DNA of 61,574 bases, the filler included. It is 6 parts of 6 records of this genome, joined end to end, with 100 filler letters (N's around TTAATTAATTAA, not from the genome) between each part and the next. Parts side by side here need not be neighbours in the genome. Positions count along the whole stretch, not along the records: positions 50,148 to 55,554 come from DRR723986_14224; positions 55,655 to 61,574 come from DRR723986_14226; 4 more parts are not named here. One strand, written 5' to 3'. The notes beneath the pieces were generated by a model that saw only the letters and a program-made list of their open reading frames with translations, did no database searches and was not told the DNA's origin. The position numbers and the translations under genes are program-made. This document shows positions 50,607 to 59,743 of this stretch, in pieces; position 1 is the first letter of the stretch, and each line of letters starts with the position of its first letter.

Positions 50607-52784
50607 ATGCGCGCGCTGACGGCACTGGCCATTCTGGCAAGCACGATCGGTCTGCCCGACGCCGGGCGCGCCCAGGATTTCGTCGGGTTCGACCGGGCGA
50701 GCTTTGGCCGGGTTGTGCTGAACCGCACGGAATCCGCCGGGATCGACGATATCGAGTTCGAGCTTTCGGTCGGCGATTACAACAACGAGCCGATCCAGAC
50801 CTATTCGCCCACCAGCATCTTCCGCAAGATGGGCCTGTCGGTCGGGCGGCTGGACATCCTGACCGACAACGGCGTCTTTCCCTGCACCGCCTTCATCGTC
50901 GACGAAAAGCACTTGCTGACCAACCATCATTGCGTGCCCGGCATCCTCGAGAACGAGCGGGCCAAGGCCACGCGCATCGACTCGGTCATGTTCGTGGCGG
51001 GCTACATCCAGCAGGGCGTCGAGGAAGGCACCCAGCGCTACACCGTCATCCCGACCCCCGTCGAGACCTCGAAGGAGCTGGATTATTCCGTGCTCGAGGT
51101 CATTGGCGATCCGAGCGCGCAGTTCGGCCACCTGCGGCTGGCCTCGGCCCAGCCGCATGACAACGACCCCTACCTGGTGATCGGCCACCCCATGGGCGAG
51201 GCGCAGCGGATCAGCCGCGAGAAATGCCGCGCCAATGCGCCGGCGCTTTCCAACAAGCGGCTGCTGCACACCTGTGACACGCTGCCGGGCAACTCCGGCT
51301 CTCCGGTGATCGACGCAGGCCTTCAGATGGTCGTCGGGCTGCATCACGCCGGGTCCAAGAAGGATGCGGTCAATTTCGCCATCCCCATGGCGGCGATCCT
51401 CGAACAGTCGGCGGTGCTGAAGGCTGCGCTGACCGACCAGCCCACCGACACGCCCCAGCCCGCCCCGGAAAAGGCGCCCGACCCGACCGGGCCCGTCGAT
51501 CCAGTCGATCCCGTCGATCCGGTGATCGAGGCGGGCAAGCTCTGCGACGCGCTGTACAACGAGGCCAAGGCCTTTGGTCAGTGCTTCGCCTACGAGGCCT
51601 ATCTCGAGACCTGCGCCGAGCATTCCTACGCGATCTTCGCACGCTCCTATGTGAACGCCGAATGCTCGGAGGTGGCCGAGACGCCCATCGACCCGCCCCC
51701 CGGCACCGACGAGGGTGTGGACCGCGGCCCGCTGCGCCCGTGGTGCGACGCCTCGGCCCTGAACACGGCAGAGCGCACGATCTGCGGCGACGTCTACCTC
51801 GCCGGTCTCGACGAAAAACTCGACCGCGCCTATCGCAGCCAGTCCGGCGCCAGCACCGCTGCGCAGCAGAACGCGTGGCGCACCGGCACGCGGGATGCCT
51901 GCGGGTCCAACGCCTCTTGCCTGAGCCGCGCCATGATCGACCGCATCGCCTATCTGGAGACGCCCCCGGCGCCGAAGCCGCAGACCGGCTACCGCATCGT
52001 CCCCGGCAGCTACGCGCTGAACGATGGCACATGCTACATCGTCACCGCCTCGCGTCCCACGGTCGAAGAGGCCATCGCCTTCGTGAGGGAGTGGTTCCCG
52101 CGCCGCAGCGGGGTGCGCATCTTCGGCGCCGACAACGGCTATTACGGGGTGATCGTCGGCACCACGCCGCGCGGCTCCGCCGACGCGCGCATCGCCAGCC
52201 TTGTCAGCGGGCGGCAGGTGCCCTCGGACAGCTATTGCTCCACCGGCGGGCGCTACATCTCTGAGGTGCTGCGCCCGGGCGACAGCGCTCCTGCGCCGGG
52301 CAGCTACACCATGTACGTCGACAACAACGCCTCGGGCGGGCTGAACGTGCGGCGCGGGCCGGGCACCACCTACGGCGACTTCACCGAGATCGCGCCGGGC
52401 GTGCAGGTGACGGTGCTGCGCGATCAGGGCGACTGGTCCAACATCCGCATGCCCGACGGCCAGACCGGCTGGGTCTATCGCCCGCTGCTGACCAGCAGGA
52501 GGCCGCAGGTGCAAAGCTGCTCTGCCCGGGTGGTGAACCTGCAGCCCTATTCCAACGCCTCGCGCGCCAACGGGCTGGGCTTTCTGAACATCCGCGCCGA
52601 CGACAGCGCCCGCGCGCGCATCCTGTCCGAGGCCTATCTGGGCGACCAGCTGAAGGTGCTGGCGCAGAAGGGCAACTGGGTGCGGGTGCAATGCCTGTCG
52701 GGCCAGTGCAATTCCCCCTACCGGGGCACCGGCGGTGCCGCGGGATGGGCCTCGAAGAAGTACCTGTCGATCAGGTGCCAGTAA
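50607..52784 (+). CDS. exported trypsin-like serine protease with LprI-like, SPOR-like and two SH3 domains
   Basis: Signal peptide; TNHHC, LDY, GNSGS triad; AERTIC..LAGLD..L...Y...W...RDAC....C; LNVRRGPG and LNIRAD...GW SH3b repeats. Confidence 0.85.
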   Translation: MRALTALAILASTIGLPDAGRAQDFVGFDRASFGRVVLNRTESAGIDDIEFELSVGDYNNEPIQTYSPTSIFRKMGLSVGRLDILTDNGVFPCTAFIVDEKHLLTNHHCVPGILENERAKATRIDSVMFVAGYIQQGVEEGTQRYTVIPTPVETSKELDYSVLEVIGDPSAQFGHLRLASAQPHDNDPYLVIGHPMGEAQRISREKCRANAPALSNKRLLHTCDTLPGNSGSPVIDAGLQMVVGLHHAGSKKDAVNFAIPMAAILEQSAVLKAALTDQPTDTPQPAPEKAPDPTGPVDPVDPVDPVIEAGKLCDALYNEAKAFGQCFAYEAYLETCAEHSYAIFARSYVNAECSEVAETPIDPPPGTDEGVDRGPLRPWCDASALNTAERTICGDVYLAGLDEKLDRAYRSQSGASTAAQQNAWRTGTRDACGSNASCLSRAMIDRIAYLETPPAPKPQTGYRIVPGSYALNDGTCYIVTASRPTVEEAIAFVREWFPRRSGVRIFGADNGYYGVIVGTTPRGSADARIASLVSGRQVPSDSYCSTGGRYISEVLRPGDSAPAPGSYTMYVDNNASGGLNVRRGPGTTYGDFTEIAPGVQVTVLRDQGDWSNIRMPDGQTGWVYRPLLTSRRPQVQSCSARVVNLQPYSNASRANGLGFLNIRADDSARARILSEAYLGDQLKVLAQKGNWVRVQCLSGQCNSPYRGTGGAAGWASKKYLSIRCQ
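51492..51524 (+). repeat. 9-nt coding tandem repeat (PVD)x3-PV linker
   Basis: CCCGTCGAT CCAGTCGAT CCCGTCGAT CCGGTG. Confidence 0.8.
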
Positions 52785-52848
52785 TGCCGAAGAATTTTCG
52801 GGCGACACGGAAACCGCCCCAGGACCAACATTGCAGAGGAACCGCGTC

Positions 52849-55278
52849 ATGACCCCAAGTGATCTGATCAAGGTGAGCGCCCTGGCCCTGGTGGCCGCGC
52901 TGGCCGGCCCCGCCCTGGCCCAGGACGAGGCGGCGGAAGGGATGCCCCTGCCCGCCGATGCCACCCCCGAGGAAACCGCCGCCTACGCGGTCCTCGACAA
53001 GTATTGCAGCGAGTGCCACCAGATCGGCAAGCTCGACGCCGGGCTGACCACGCCCAAGGCGGGCTTCGGCCACGTCCTCGACATGCGCCGCCTTGCCAAC
53101 GACCCCAAGCTGGTGGTCGCGGGCGACACCGCCAAATCCAAGCTGTTCAACGTGATCGCCGGCGGCGCCCCGGCCATGCCCGACAACTGCTGGGACCCCT
53201 CCTGCGCCCCCTCGGCCGAAGAGATGGCCGCGCTGGAGGGCTGGATCGTCAAGCTGGGAGAGACCGCGCCCGAGCCGCGCGAGTTCGTGCCCCTGTCCGA
53301 GCTTTACGCCATGGCCCACGCCGACCTGCAAAAGCAGCCCACGAACCGCCGCGACCGCATCCGCTATTTCTCGATGCGCGAGCTCTGGAACGACAGCGAG
53401 GTCACGGACGAGAATTACACCGCCTATCTGGCCGCGACGGTGAAGCTGATGAACGCGCTCAGCTTCAACCCCAACATCTACAAGTACGAGAAGGTCGACG
53501 AAAAGGGCGTGCTGCTGCGCGTCTTCCTGCCCGACCTCGACTGGAACCACGACCGCTGGACGCTGCTCGAAGCCGAGTATCCCTACGCGATGGAAAGCGA
53601 CACCGACCCCTACCTCGGGCCGCTGCAGCATCTTTCGGGCACCAAGGTTCCGGTGATCCGCGCCGACTGGTTCACCGCCACCGCCTCTGTCTCTCCGCTG
53701 TATTACGACATGCTGGGGCTGGCGGACACGGTGCAGGGGCTGGAAAGGCAGCTTGGCTTCAGCATGGACCAGAACATCCTGAACGAGCAGGTGGTGCGCG
53801 CGGGCTTTCAGGATTCGGGCGTGTCGACCCACAACCGCCTGATCGAGCGGCACGCGCTGGGGACCGGCTTTTTCTGGACCTCCTATGACTTCGCCGGCTC
53901 CAAGGGGCGGCAAAGCTTCTTCGAATACCCGCTGGGACCGGCTTCGGCCTATGGCGACGAACTGGCCTTTCACCATGACGGCGGCGAGTCGATCTTCACG
54001 CTGCCCAACGGCTTCCACGCCTATTACCTGAACACCGCCGAGGGCGAGCGTCTGAACGTCGGCCCCACCTCGATCGTGCGCGACACCGATTACCCGGACG
54101 GCACCGGAGAGGTGGTCAACGGGATCTCCTGCATCTCGTGCCATGTGAAGGGGATGCGCTTCAACGACGACTCCGTGCGCGAGGTGGCGCTGAACAACCT
54201 CTCTCTCTCGCCCGCCGCGCGCCAGACCATCGACGCGATCTACCCGGGCAAGGACGAGGTGAACGCCTTCTTCCAGAAGGACATGGAGGCCTTCTTCGAG
54301 ACGCTGACCCTTGCGGGCATCGACCCGGAAACCAAGGCTGCCGGGCTCGAACCCGTGCGTGGGCTGTTCGTCTACCACGTCGACTACTTCATCGACTTCG
54401 AGCAGGCCGCGAACGAGCTTGGCCTGACCGAAGAGGACCTGCGCGGGCGCATGGCCTTCGCGGGCCATGAGAACGCCAGCCTGCTGACGCGCCTGGATGT
54501 CTCGCCCATCGCGCGGGACGAATGGAACGCGGCCTACCCGGTGCTGCTGGAGAAGCTGACCGACTACCGCCCGATCGACACCGACTACAGGGTCACGACG
54601 GCGCTGTCCCATTCGGTCGCGCAGGTCGTCAAGGGCACAGACTACGCCCCGCCGGCGGATGTCTACGACGCGCCCTCGCCCGCCAAGGCCCATGCCGCGC
54701 CGACCACCCACGCCGATCTCGCCAAGAGCCCGGCCAAGAACGACTATGTGCCGACGCAGCATTCCGTCCCGGCGCAAAGCCATCTGACGGTCTATACCGA
54801 CAAGCCGGCCTACAAGGTGGGCGAGGGCCTGCAGATCTTCGTCGAGCCGCGCCACGATTGCCGCCTGACGCTGATCTCGATCGACGACGACCACGACAGC
54901 TGCGTGCTCTATCCCTTCCCGGGGCTGGACGACGTGGTGATCAAGGGCGGCTCGCAGTATGTCTTCCCGCCGCAGGGAACCCTGCGCACCTCGGAACCGG
55001 GGCTGGAGACGATCCTCGCGATCTGCAACGGCGGGCAGAAGGCCATCGACACGGTGACGCGCGACACCACGCAGGTCTCCTGCGCGGCGGACCACAAGCC
55101 GATCTCGAAGGACCACTACGAGACGGTGGTGAACGAGACGCTGGTGCTCGACCTCAACGGCGGCGCGCCGGACAAGAAGACCACGATTTCGGGCGCCGAC
55201 TACCGCGCCGTCAGCGATCACAACCCGGACGTGACCAAGGCCCAGATCTCGGTCGTCGTCCACAACGAGCAATACTGA
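52849..55278 (+). CDS. exported c-type cytochrome (two CxxCH) with C-terminal DUF4384-like domain
   Basis: Signal peptide; CSECH at 53005-53019 followed by S.L...MP; CISCH at 54130-54144; TDKPAYKVGE...CRLTLISID...VLYP. Confidence 0.8.
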   Translation: MTPSDLIKVSALALVAALAGPALAQDEAAEGMPLPADATPEETAAYAVLDKYCSECHQIGKLDAGLTTPKAGFGHVLDMRRLANDPKLVVAGDTAKSKLFNVIAGGAPAMPDNCWDPSCAPSAEEMAALEGWIVKLGETAPEPREFVPLSELYAMAHADLQKQPTNRRDRIRYFSMRELWNDSEVTDENYTAYLAATVKLMNALSFNPNIYKYEKVDEKGVLLRVFLPDLDWNHDRWTLLEAEYPYAMESDTDPYLGPLQHLSGTKVPVIRADWFTATASVSPLYYDMLGLADTVQGLERQLGFSMDQNILNEQVVRAGFQDSGVSTHNRLIERHALGTGFFWTSYDFAGSKGRQSFFEYPLGPASAYGDELAFHHDGGESIFTLPNGFHAYYLNTAEGERLNVGPTSIVRDTDYPDGTGEVVNGISCISCHVKGMRFNDDSVREVALNNLSLSPAARQTIDAIYPGKDEVNAFFQKDMEAFFETLTLAGIDPETKAAGLEPVRGLFVYHVDYFIDFEQAANELGLTEEDLRGRMAFAGHENASLLTRLDVSPIARDEWNAAYPVLLEKLTDYRPIDTDYRVTTALSHSVAQVVKGTDYAPPADVYDAPSPAKAHAAPTTHADLAKSPAKNDYVPTQHSVPAQSHLTVYTDKPAYKVGEGLQIFVEPRHDCRLTLISIDDDHDSCVLYPFPGLDDVVIKGGSQYVFPPQGTLRTSEPGLETILAICNGGQKAIDTVTRDTTQVSCAADHKPISKDHYETVVNETLVLDLNGGAPDKKTTISGADYRAVSDHNPDVTKAQISVVVHNEQY

Positions 55279-55292
55279 GAAAGGAGAGAGCG

Positions 55293-55554
55293 ATGCGACT
55301 GACCACCCCCCTTGCCGTCGCTCTCTGCCTCGGCCTGCCCCATGCAGGCCTTGCGCAGGGCGAGATCTTCATCCCCGGGGCCGACGACACCCCCGAGATC
55401 CAGCGCGCGCCGCAGCCGACCAACCGGCTTGCGGGCTGCCTCGTGAACCCGAACGCGGCCAGTTGCGGCGGCGTCAGCATCGACCCCGACGGGCTGGCGC
55501 TGGAAAGCTCTGTGCCGGGCGCGGCGGATGTGCAGTTCGAGACGCTGGTGCTGG
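55293..55554 (+). CDS. exported protein, N-terminal fragment (truncated by contig end)
   Basis: SD AAGGAG; ATG 14 nt after the upstream stop; signal peptide MRLTTPLAVALCLGLPHAGLA. Confidence 0.7.
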
Positions 55555-55654
55555 NNNNNNNNNNNNNNNNNNNNNNNNNNNNNNNNNNNNNNNNNNNNTT
55601 AATTAATTAANNNNNNNNNNNNNNNNNNNNNNNNNNNNNNNNNNNNNNNNNNNN
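55555..55654. other. artificial contig spacer
   Basis: N run with TTAATTAATTAA. Confidence 0.98.
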
Positions 55655-55701
55655 GTCAAACGGCCAGTATTTGTGTTTAAGCGGGAAGTCTCAACATGTA
55701 C

Positions 55702-56553
55702 TCAATAGAACTCACCGCTTTGCATGGCGATATAAGCGTTCAGGAATTCAGCTACTTCCGCATCTGGGTTGTATGGGGCCAGTTCTATGCGCGGAGCAGG
55801 TGGCTCATATATGAATGGAGTCACGGATCCGGCGCGGCGGCAGGCCTCGTGCAGCAGCAGCTCCAGATTAACAACGTCGGCGGTATTGTAGGCAAGTAAG
55901 GCATCCAGAAAACGACGATCGCCGCTTTGCTCATAGCGACGCCAGAGCAGAACAGCAGCATATCCGTCAACGCCGTCCAGCTCCTCACGCGCGATTCCCA
56001 GCTCAGCTTCAATTTTTTTGAGTCCGCCACTAAACTTCAAGCCACGCAAAACAAATCGCAGATCGATATGCGCGTGCGGTAGCTCAGTTATGAAATGTGA
56101 TTCAATCCAGGGAGCGTCAAAACATCGTCCGTTAAAACTTACAAGAATCTTGTAGGCCTGTATATCTTCAATAAAGTCGCGCAGGTTCTCGCCATAAATG
56201 TACTGGCGGATTTCGCGGCCGTCGTAGGTCACAATAGTCGTGATGTGGGCGCCGAATTCAGGGCTGGTGCCCGTCGTCTCAATGTCAAAATAGAGTAGAT
56301 CTTCGCGGAACTCGTGGAACAAACGCCAATGTTCGCGCAATGGCAATGCTTTGGCAAACCAGGCCGCATCGCGATTGTCTAATCGCTCGCGACTCTGCTC
56401 CAGCTCGGCCGACCAGAAATCACGCCGTTTAGCACTGATCGATAAAAGGTCGGCCTGGTCGAAGTCATCCCAGCTTCGGACGCCGGCATCCCAAAACTTG
56501 CGTTCGCTTACCGGGCCGATGCGCGGCAAATGTTGAAAAGTGTTAAGCAGCAT
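55702..56553 (-). CDS. YprB/RNase_H_2-family exonuclease with N-terminal HhH-like segment
   Basis: FDIETTG, FNG..FD.P, HIDL, GGLK.IE, YN..D. Confidence 0.88.
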   Translation of the reverse strand: MLLNTFQHLPRIGPVSERKFWDAGVRSWDDFDQADLLSISAKRRDFWSAELEQSRERLDNRDAAWFAKALPLREHWRLFHEFREDLLYFDIETTGTSPEFGAHITTIVTYDGREIRQYIYGENLRDFIEDIQAYKILVSFNGRCFDAPWIESHFITELPHAHIDLRFVLRGLKFSGGLKKIEAELGIAREELDGVDGYAAVLLWRRYEQSGDRRFLDALLAYNTADVVNLELLLHEACRRAGSVTPFIYEPPAPRIELAPYNPDAEVAEFLNAYIAMQSGEFY

Positions 56554-56924
56554 TAGCGCGCCTCATCGTGGCCGGCCTCGCGCCAGGCACGCATCCCACC
56601 ATCCATGGAAATAACGTTCACATAACCCATGCGCAGCAAATTCTCGGCCGCCAGGGCTGAACGGAATCCACCACCGCAATATAGAATCAGCTCACTCTCC
56701 TGATCGGGGAACTGCTTTTCTATATCGCGCTCAATTACTCCCTTACCTATGTGCAAGGCACCAGGAATATGCCCGGCAGCGTACTCTTCAGCTTCGCGCA
56801 CGTCAATTAACTTTAATGCTTCACCAGCCTGAAGACGCGCATGTACCGTTGGAATATCGGTCTCCAGAATGCGCGTCTTGGCTTCGTGAACAATTCGAAG
56901 AAAACCGTCAGAATGTTTTTTCAT
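56553..56924 (-). CDS. single-domain rhodanese
   Basis: IDVRE..E...GHIPGA, YCGGGFRS, GG..AW; TAATG coupling to the next gene. Confidence 0.92.
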   Translation of the reverse strand: MKKHSDGFLRIVHEAKTRILETDIPTVHARLQAGEALKLIDVREAEEYAAGHIPGALHIGKGVIERDIEKQFPDQESELILYCGGGFRSALAAENLLRMGYVNVISMDGGMRAWREAGHDEAR

Positions 56925-57006
56925 ACAGAACTTCCTCCGAATAGAATTGTGTTAACAAACAAACGAACTGCAGCAGAGTTACCTTCGCGAACTACAACGC
57001 AAACGT

Positions 57007-58677
57007 TTAACGCGTCAACTTTTTGTATCTGATGCGCTCAGGCAGCAGTGTTTTAACACCTTTGCGGCGTTTATAGTCTTCCTCATACTGCGTGTAGTTT
57101 CCGTCGTACCAGACCACCTGACTATCACCTTCAAAGGCCAGAATGTGTGTTGCCACACGGTCCAGGAACCAACGGTCGTGCGTAATAATTACCGCACAGC
57201 CCGCAAAGTTCAGCAGCGCCTCTTCCAGGGCTCGCAGAGTGTTAACATCCAGATCGTTCGTCGGCTCATCAAGCAGCAGGACGTTAGCGCCCTCGCGCAG
57301 CGTTTTGGCCAGGTGCACGCGGTTGCGCTCACCACCGGAGAGGTCACCAATGCGCTTCTGCTGATCCCCACCGTTGAAGTTAAACCAGGAAACATACGCC
57401 CGTGAGTTAACTTCGCGCGATCCAACTTGAATCATATCGTCACCGTCAGAGATTTCCTGCCAGATCGACTTGGCCGGATCAAGCGGACGGTCCTGACGCA
57501 CATAACCGAGCGTGACAGTATCACCAACGTTGATATTGCCCTTGTCGGGTTTTTCCTGTCCCACGATCATCTTAAACAGCGTCGACTTACCCGCACCGTT
57601 GGGGCCAACCACACCAATAATTCCGCCGGGCGGAAGTGAAAACTCAACTTCTTCCATAAGCAGCTTCTCGTCAAAAGCCTTGGAGAGTTTATCGGCTTCG
57701 ATGACTTTACTGCCGAGGCGTGGTCCCGGTGGAATCGAAAGCTCGATGTCCTCGGGTGCCTTGTCTTGTTGTTCCTCTACCATGCGCTCGTAGGCTGAAA
57801 TACGGGCCTTGCTCTTGTCGTGGCGTCCCTTGGGGCTCGAACGCACCCAATCCAGTTCACGTTCCAGTACTTTGCGGCGTTTGGTGGCCGATTTTTCTTC
57901 CTGCGCCAGGCGTTTGCTCTTCTGGTCCAGCCAGGAGCTGTAATTGCCTTCAAACGGAATTCCGTGTCCACGGTCCAGCTCCAGGATCCAGCCGGCAACG
58001 TTGTCCAGGAAATAGCGATCGTGTGTTACCGCAATCACCGTGCCTTCATATTGGCTAAGGTGATGCTCCAGCCATGCTACCGACTCAGCGTCCAGGTGGT
58101 TCGTAGGCTCATCAAGCAGCAAAACATCAGGTTTGCGGAGCAGCAGGCGGCAAAGAGCCACACGGCGGCGCTCACCACCGGAAAGATGTGTTACAGCCGA
58201 GTCAGCCGGCGGACAGCGCAGGGCGTCCATCGCCATCTGCAACTGACTCTCAAGGTCCCAGGCGCCCAGGTGGTCAATGCGCTCCTGCAGTTTACCCTGG
58301 CGCTCAATCAGAGCTTCAAAGTCGGCTTCCGGGTCCGTAAATTTTTCGTTGATAGACTCGTATTCGCGCAGCAGGTCCACCGTTTCCTGCACACCTTCCT
58401 CAACTATTTGCAGAACGGTTTTGCTTTCATCCAGGGCCGGCTCCTGCGGCAGATATCCAAAGGTGATGTCTTTATTGGCACTGATTTCGCCAATATAATC
58501 CTGATCTTCGCCGGCGATGAGTTTAAGCAGCGTACTCTTCCCGGAGCCGTTCAAACCCAGAACGCCAATCTTTGCACCGTAGAAAAACGAGAGATAGATG
58601 TCGCGGAGTACTTGTTTGTTCGGCTTGTGGACTTTGCCGACGCCAGTCATCGAGAAAATAATCTTATTGTCGCTCAA
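57007..58677 (-). CDS. ettA: energy-dependent translational throttle protein EttA (ABC-F)
   Basis: Two ABC cassettes (GLNGSGKST, GPNGAGKST, LSGGE, LDEPTN); TTG start at 58677 after GGAG. Confidence 0.96.
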   Translation of the reverse strand: MSDNKIIFSMTGVGKVHKPNKQVLRDIYLSFFYGAKIGVLGLNGSGKSTLLKLIAGEDQDYIGEISANKDITFGYLPQEPALDESKTVLQIVEEGVQETVDLLREYESINEKFTDPEADFEALIERQGKLQERIDHLGAWDLESQLQMAMDALRCPPADSAVTHLSGGERRRVALCRLLLRKPDVLLLDEPTNHLDAESVAWLEHHLSQYEGTVIAVTHDRYFLDNVAGWILELDRGHGIPFEGNYSSWLDQKSKRLAQEEKSATKRRKVLERELDWVRSSPKGRHDKSKARISAYERMVEEQQDKAPEDIELSIPPGPRLGSKVIEADKLSKAFDEKLLMEEVEFSLPPGGIIGVVGPNGAGKSTLFKMIVGQEKPDKGNINVGDTVTLGYVRQDRPLDPAKSIWQEISDGDDMIQVGSREVNSRAYVSWFNFNGGDQQKRIGDLSGGERNRVHLAKTLREGANVLLLDEPTNDLDVNTLRALEEALLNFAGCAVIITHDRWFLDRVATHILAFEGDSQVVWYDGNYTQYEEDYKRRKGVKTLLPERIRYKKLTR

Positions 58678-59041
58678 GTTTAGCTCCAACGCAAAGGTTC
58701 GAATAGTTGAGTGGGATGGTCGCGTCCTGATACCATTCTCCAAAACGCGATAAGCTTAAAAATACGCATTTGCCAGAAAACCACAGCATCGTACTCCAGC
58801 GTGACGCCACGGCATTCAACATCAAAAAGTCGGCCAAACAACATCTTCCGGCCTGGGCCGTTATGCACAACATTCCCCGGCCTTGATCTACCCTGGAACC
58901 AAATACCCTGTTTCCCTTCCGGCTGTAGCCCAGGAAAAACGCGGTTCAACTCCGTTCCATGTGTGTTCTTTACTGTGAAAACTTCCCAACTCTTGAAATT
59001 TCGATTCTGCTCCTGAGAACATCATTGATGTGAGATTTCCT

Positions 59042-59638
59042 ATGTCTAAATTTGCCCTGCTTCTGTGCGGCTGCCTCGCCGCAATCATGACTCTCCAAAG
59101 TTGTCGCACTACCCCCTCCAGCGTTACGCGCGTGGACGAAACCAGCGTCGTAGACCTTAGTGGTCGCTGGAATGACACCGATGCACGCATCGTCGCCAAA
59201 GCAATGGTGGATCAGGTGCTCAGCCAGGCCTGGCTCAACAACTTTGTTCGTGATAACGACCGCAAACCAGTCGTAATCGTCGGTATGGTGCGCAATAAAT
59301 CACATGAACATATTGAGCCCGAAGTCTTTACCAAAGAAGTTGAACGCTCCTTCATCGGTGCGCAAACAGTTCGCGTAGTACAGGGTGGCGAAAAACGCGC
59401 CGAAGTGCGCGCCGAACGTGCGGACCAGCAGGATTATGCATCCAACTCCACCATGAAAAAATGGGGACTGGAAGTTGGTGCCGACTACATGATGCAGGGC
59501 TCAATCAACTCCATCGTTGACTCCAACAACAAACAAAAAGTGATCTACTACAAAGTCAACCTGGAACTTACCGACATCCAGACAAATGAGATTGTGTGGA
59601 TTGGCGATAAAGAAATCAAAAAGCTCGTAGACAAATAA
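59042..59638 (+). CDS. lpoB: penicillin-binding protein activator LpoB family lipoprotein
   Basis: Lipobox LQSC; DLSG.WNDTD, N.S.EHI, GADY...G.I.S, IVW...EIKK. Confidence 0.8.
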   Translation: MSKFALLLCGCLAAIMTLQSCRTTPSSVTRVDETSVVDLSGRWNDTDARIVAKAMVDQVLSQAWLNNFVRDNDRKPVVIVGMVRNKSHEHIEPEVFTKEVERSFIGAQTVRVVQGGEKRAEVRAERADQQDYASNSTMKKWGLEVGADYMMQGSINSIVDSNNKQKVIYYKVNLELTDIQTNEIVWIGDKEIKKLVDK

Positions 59639-59743
59639 ACTGCTCGCTACTTTAATCTCAAATGTGTGAACCGGGCGCACCCACGCGCCCGGGAGTGCAT
59701 AACAACGATCCTATTGTCTACCGAAGCACGGGTTAACTTTCGC

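Noticed and set aside
50574-55272. Very long minus-strand ORFs (796 and 833 aa)
   Set aside because: Antisense shadows of GC3-rich + strand genes; no motifs and biased composition.
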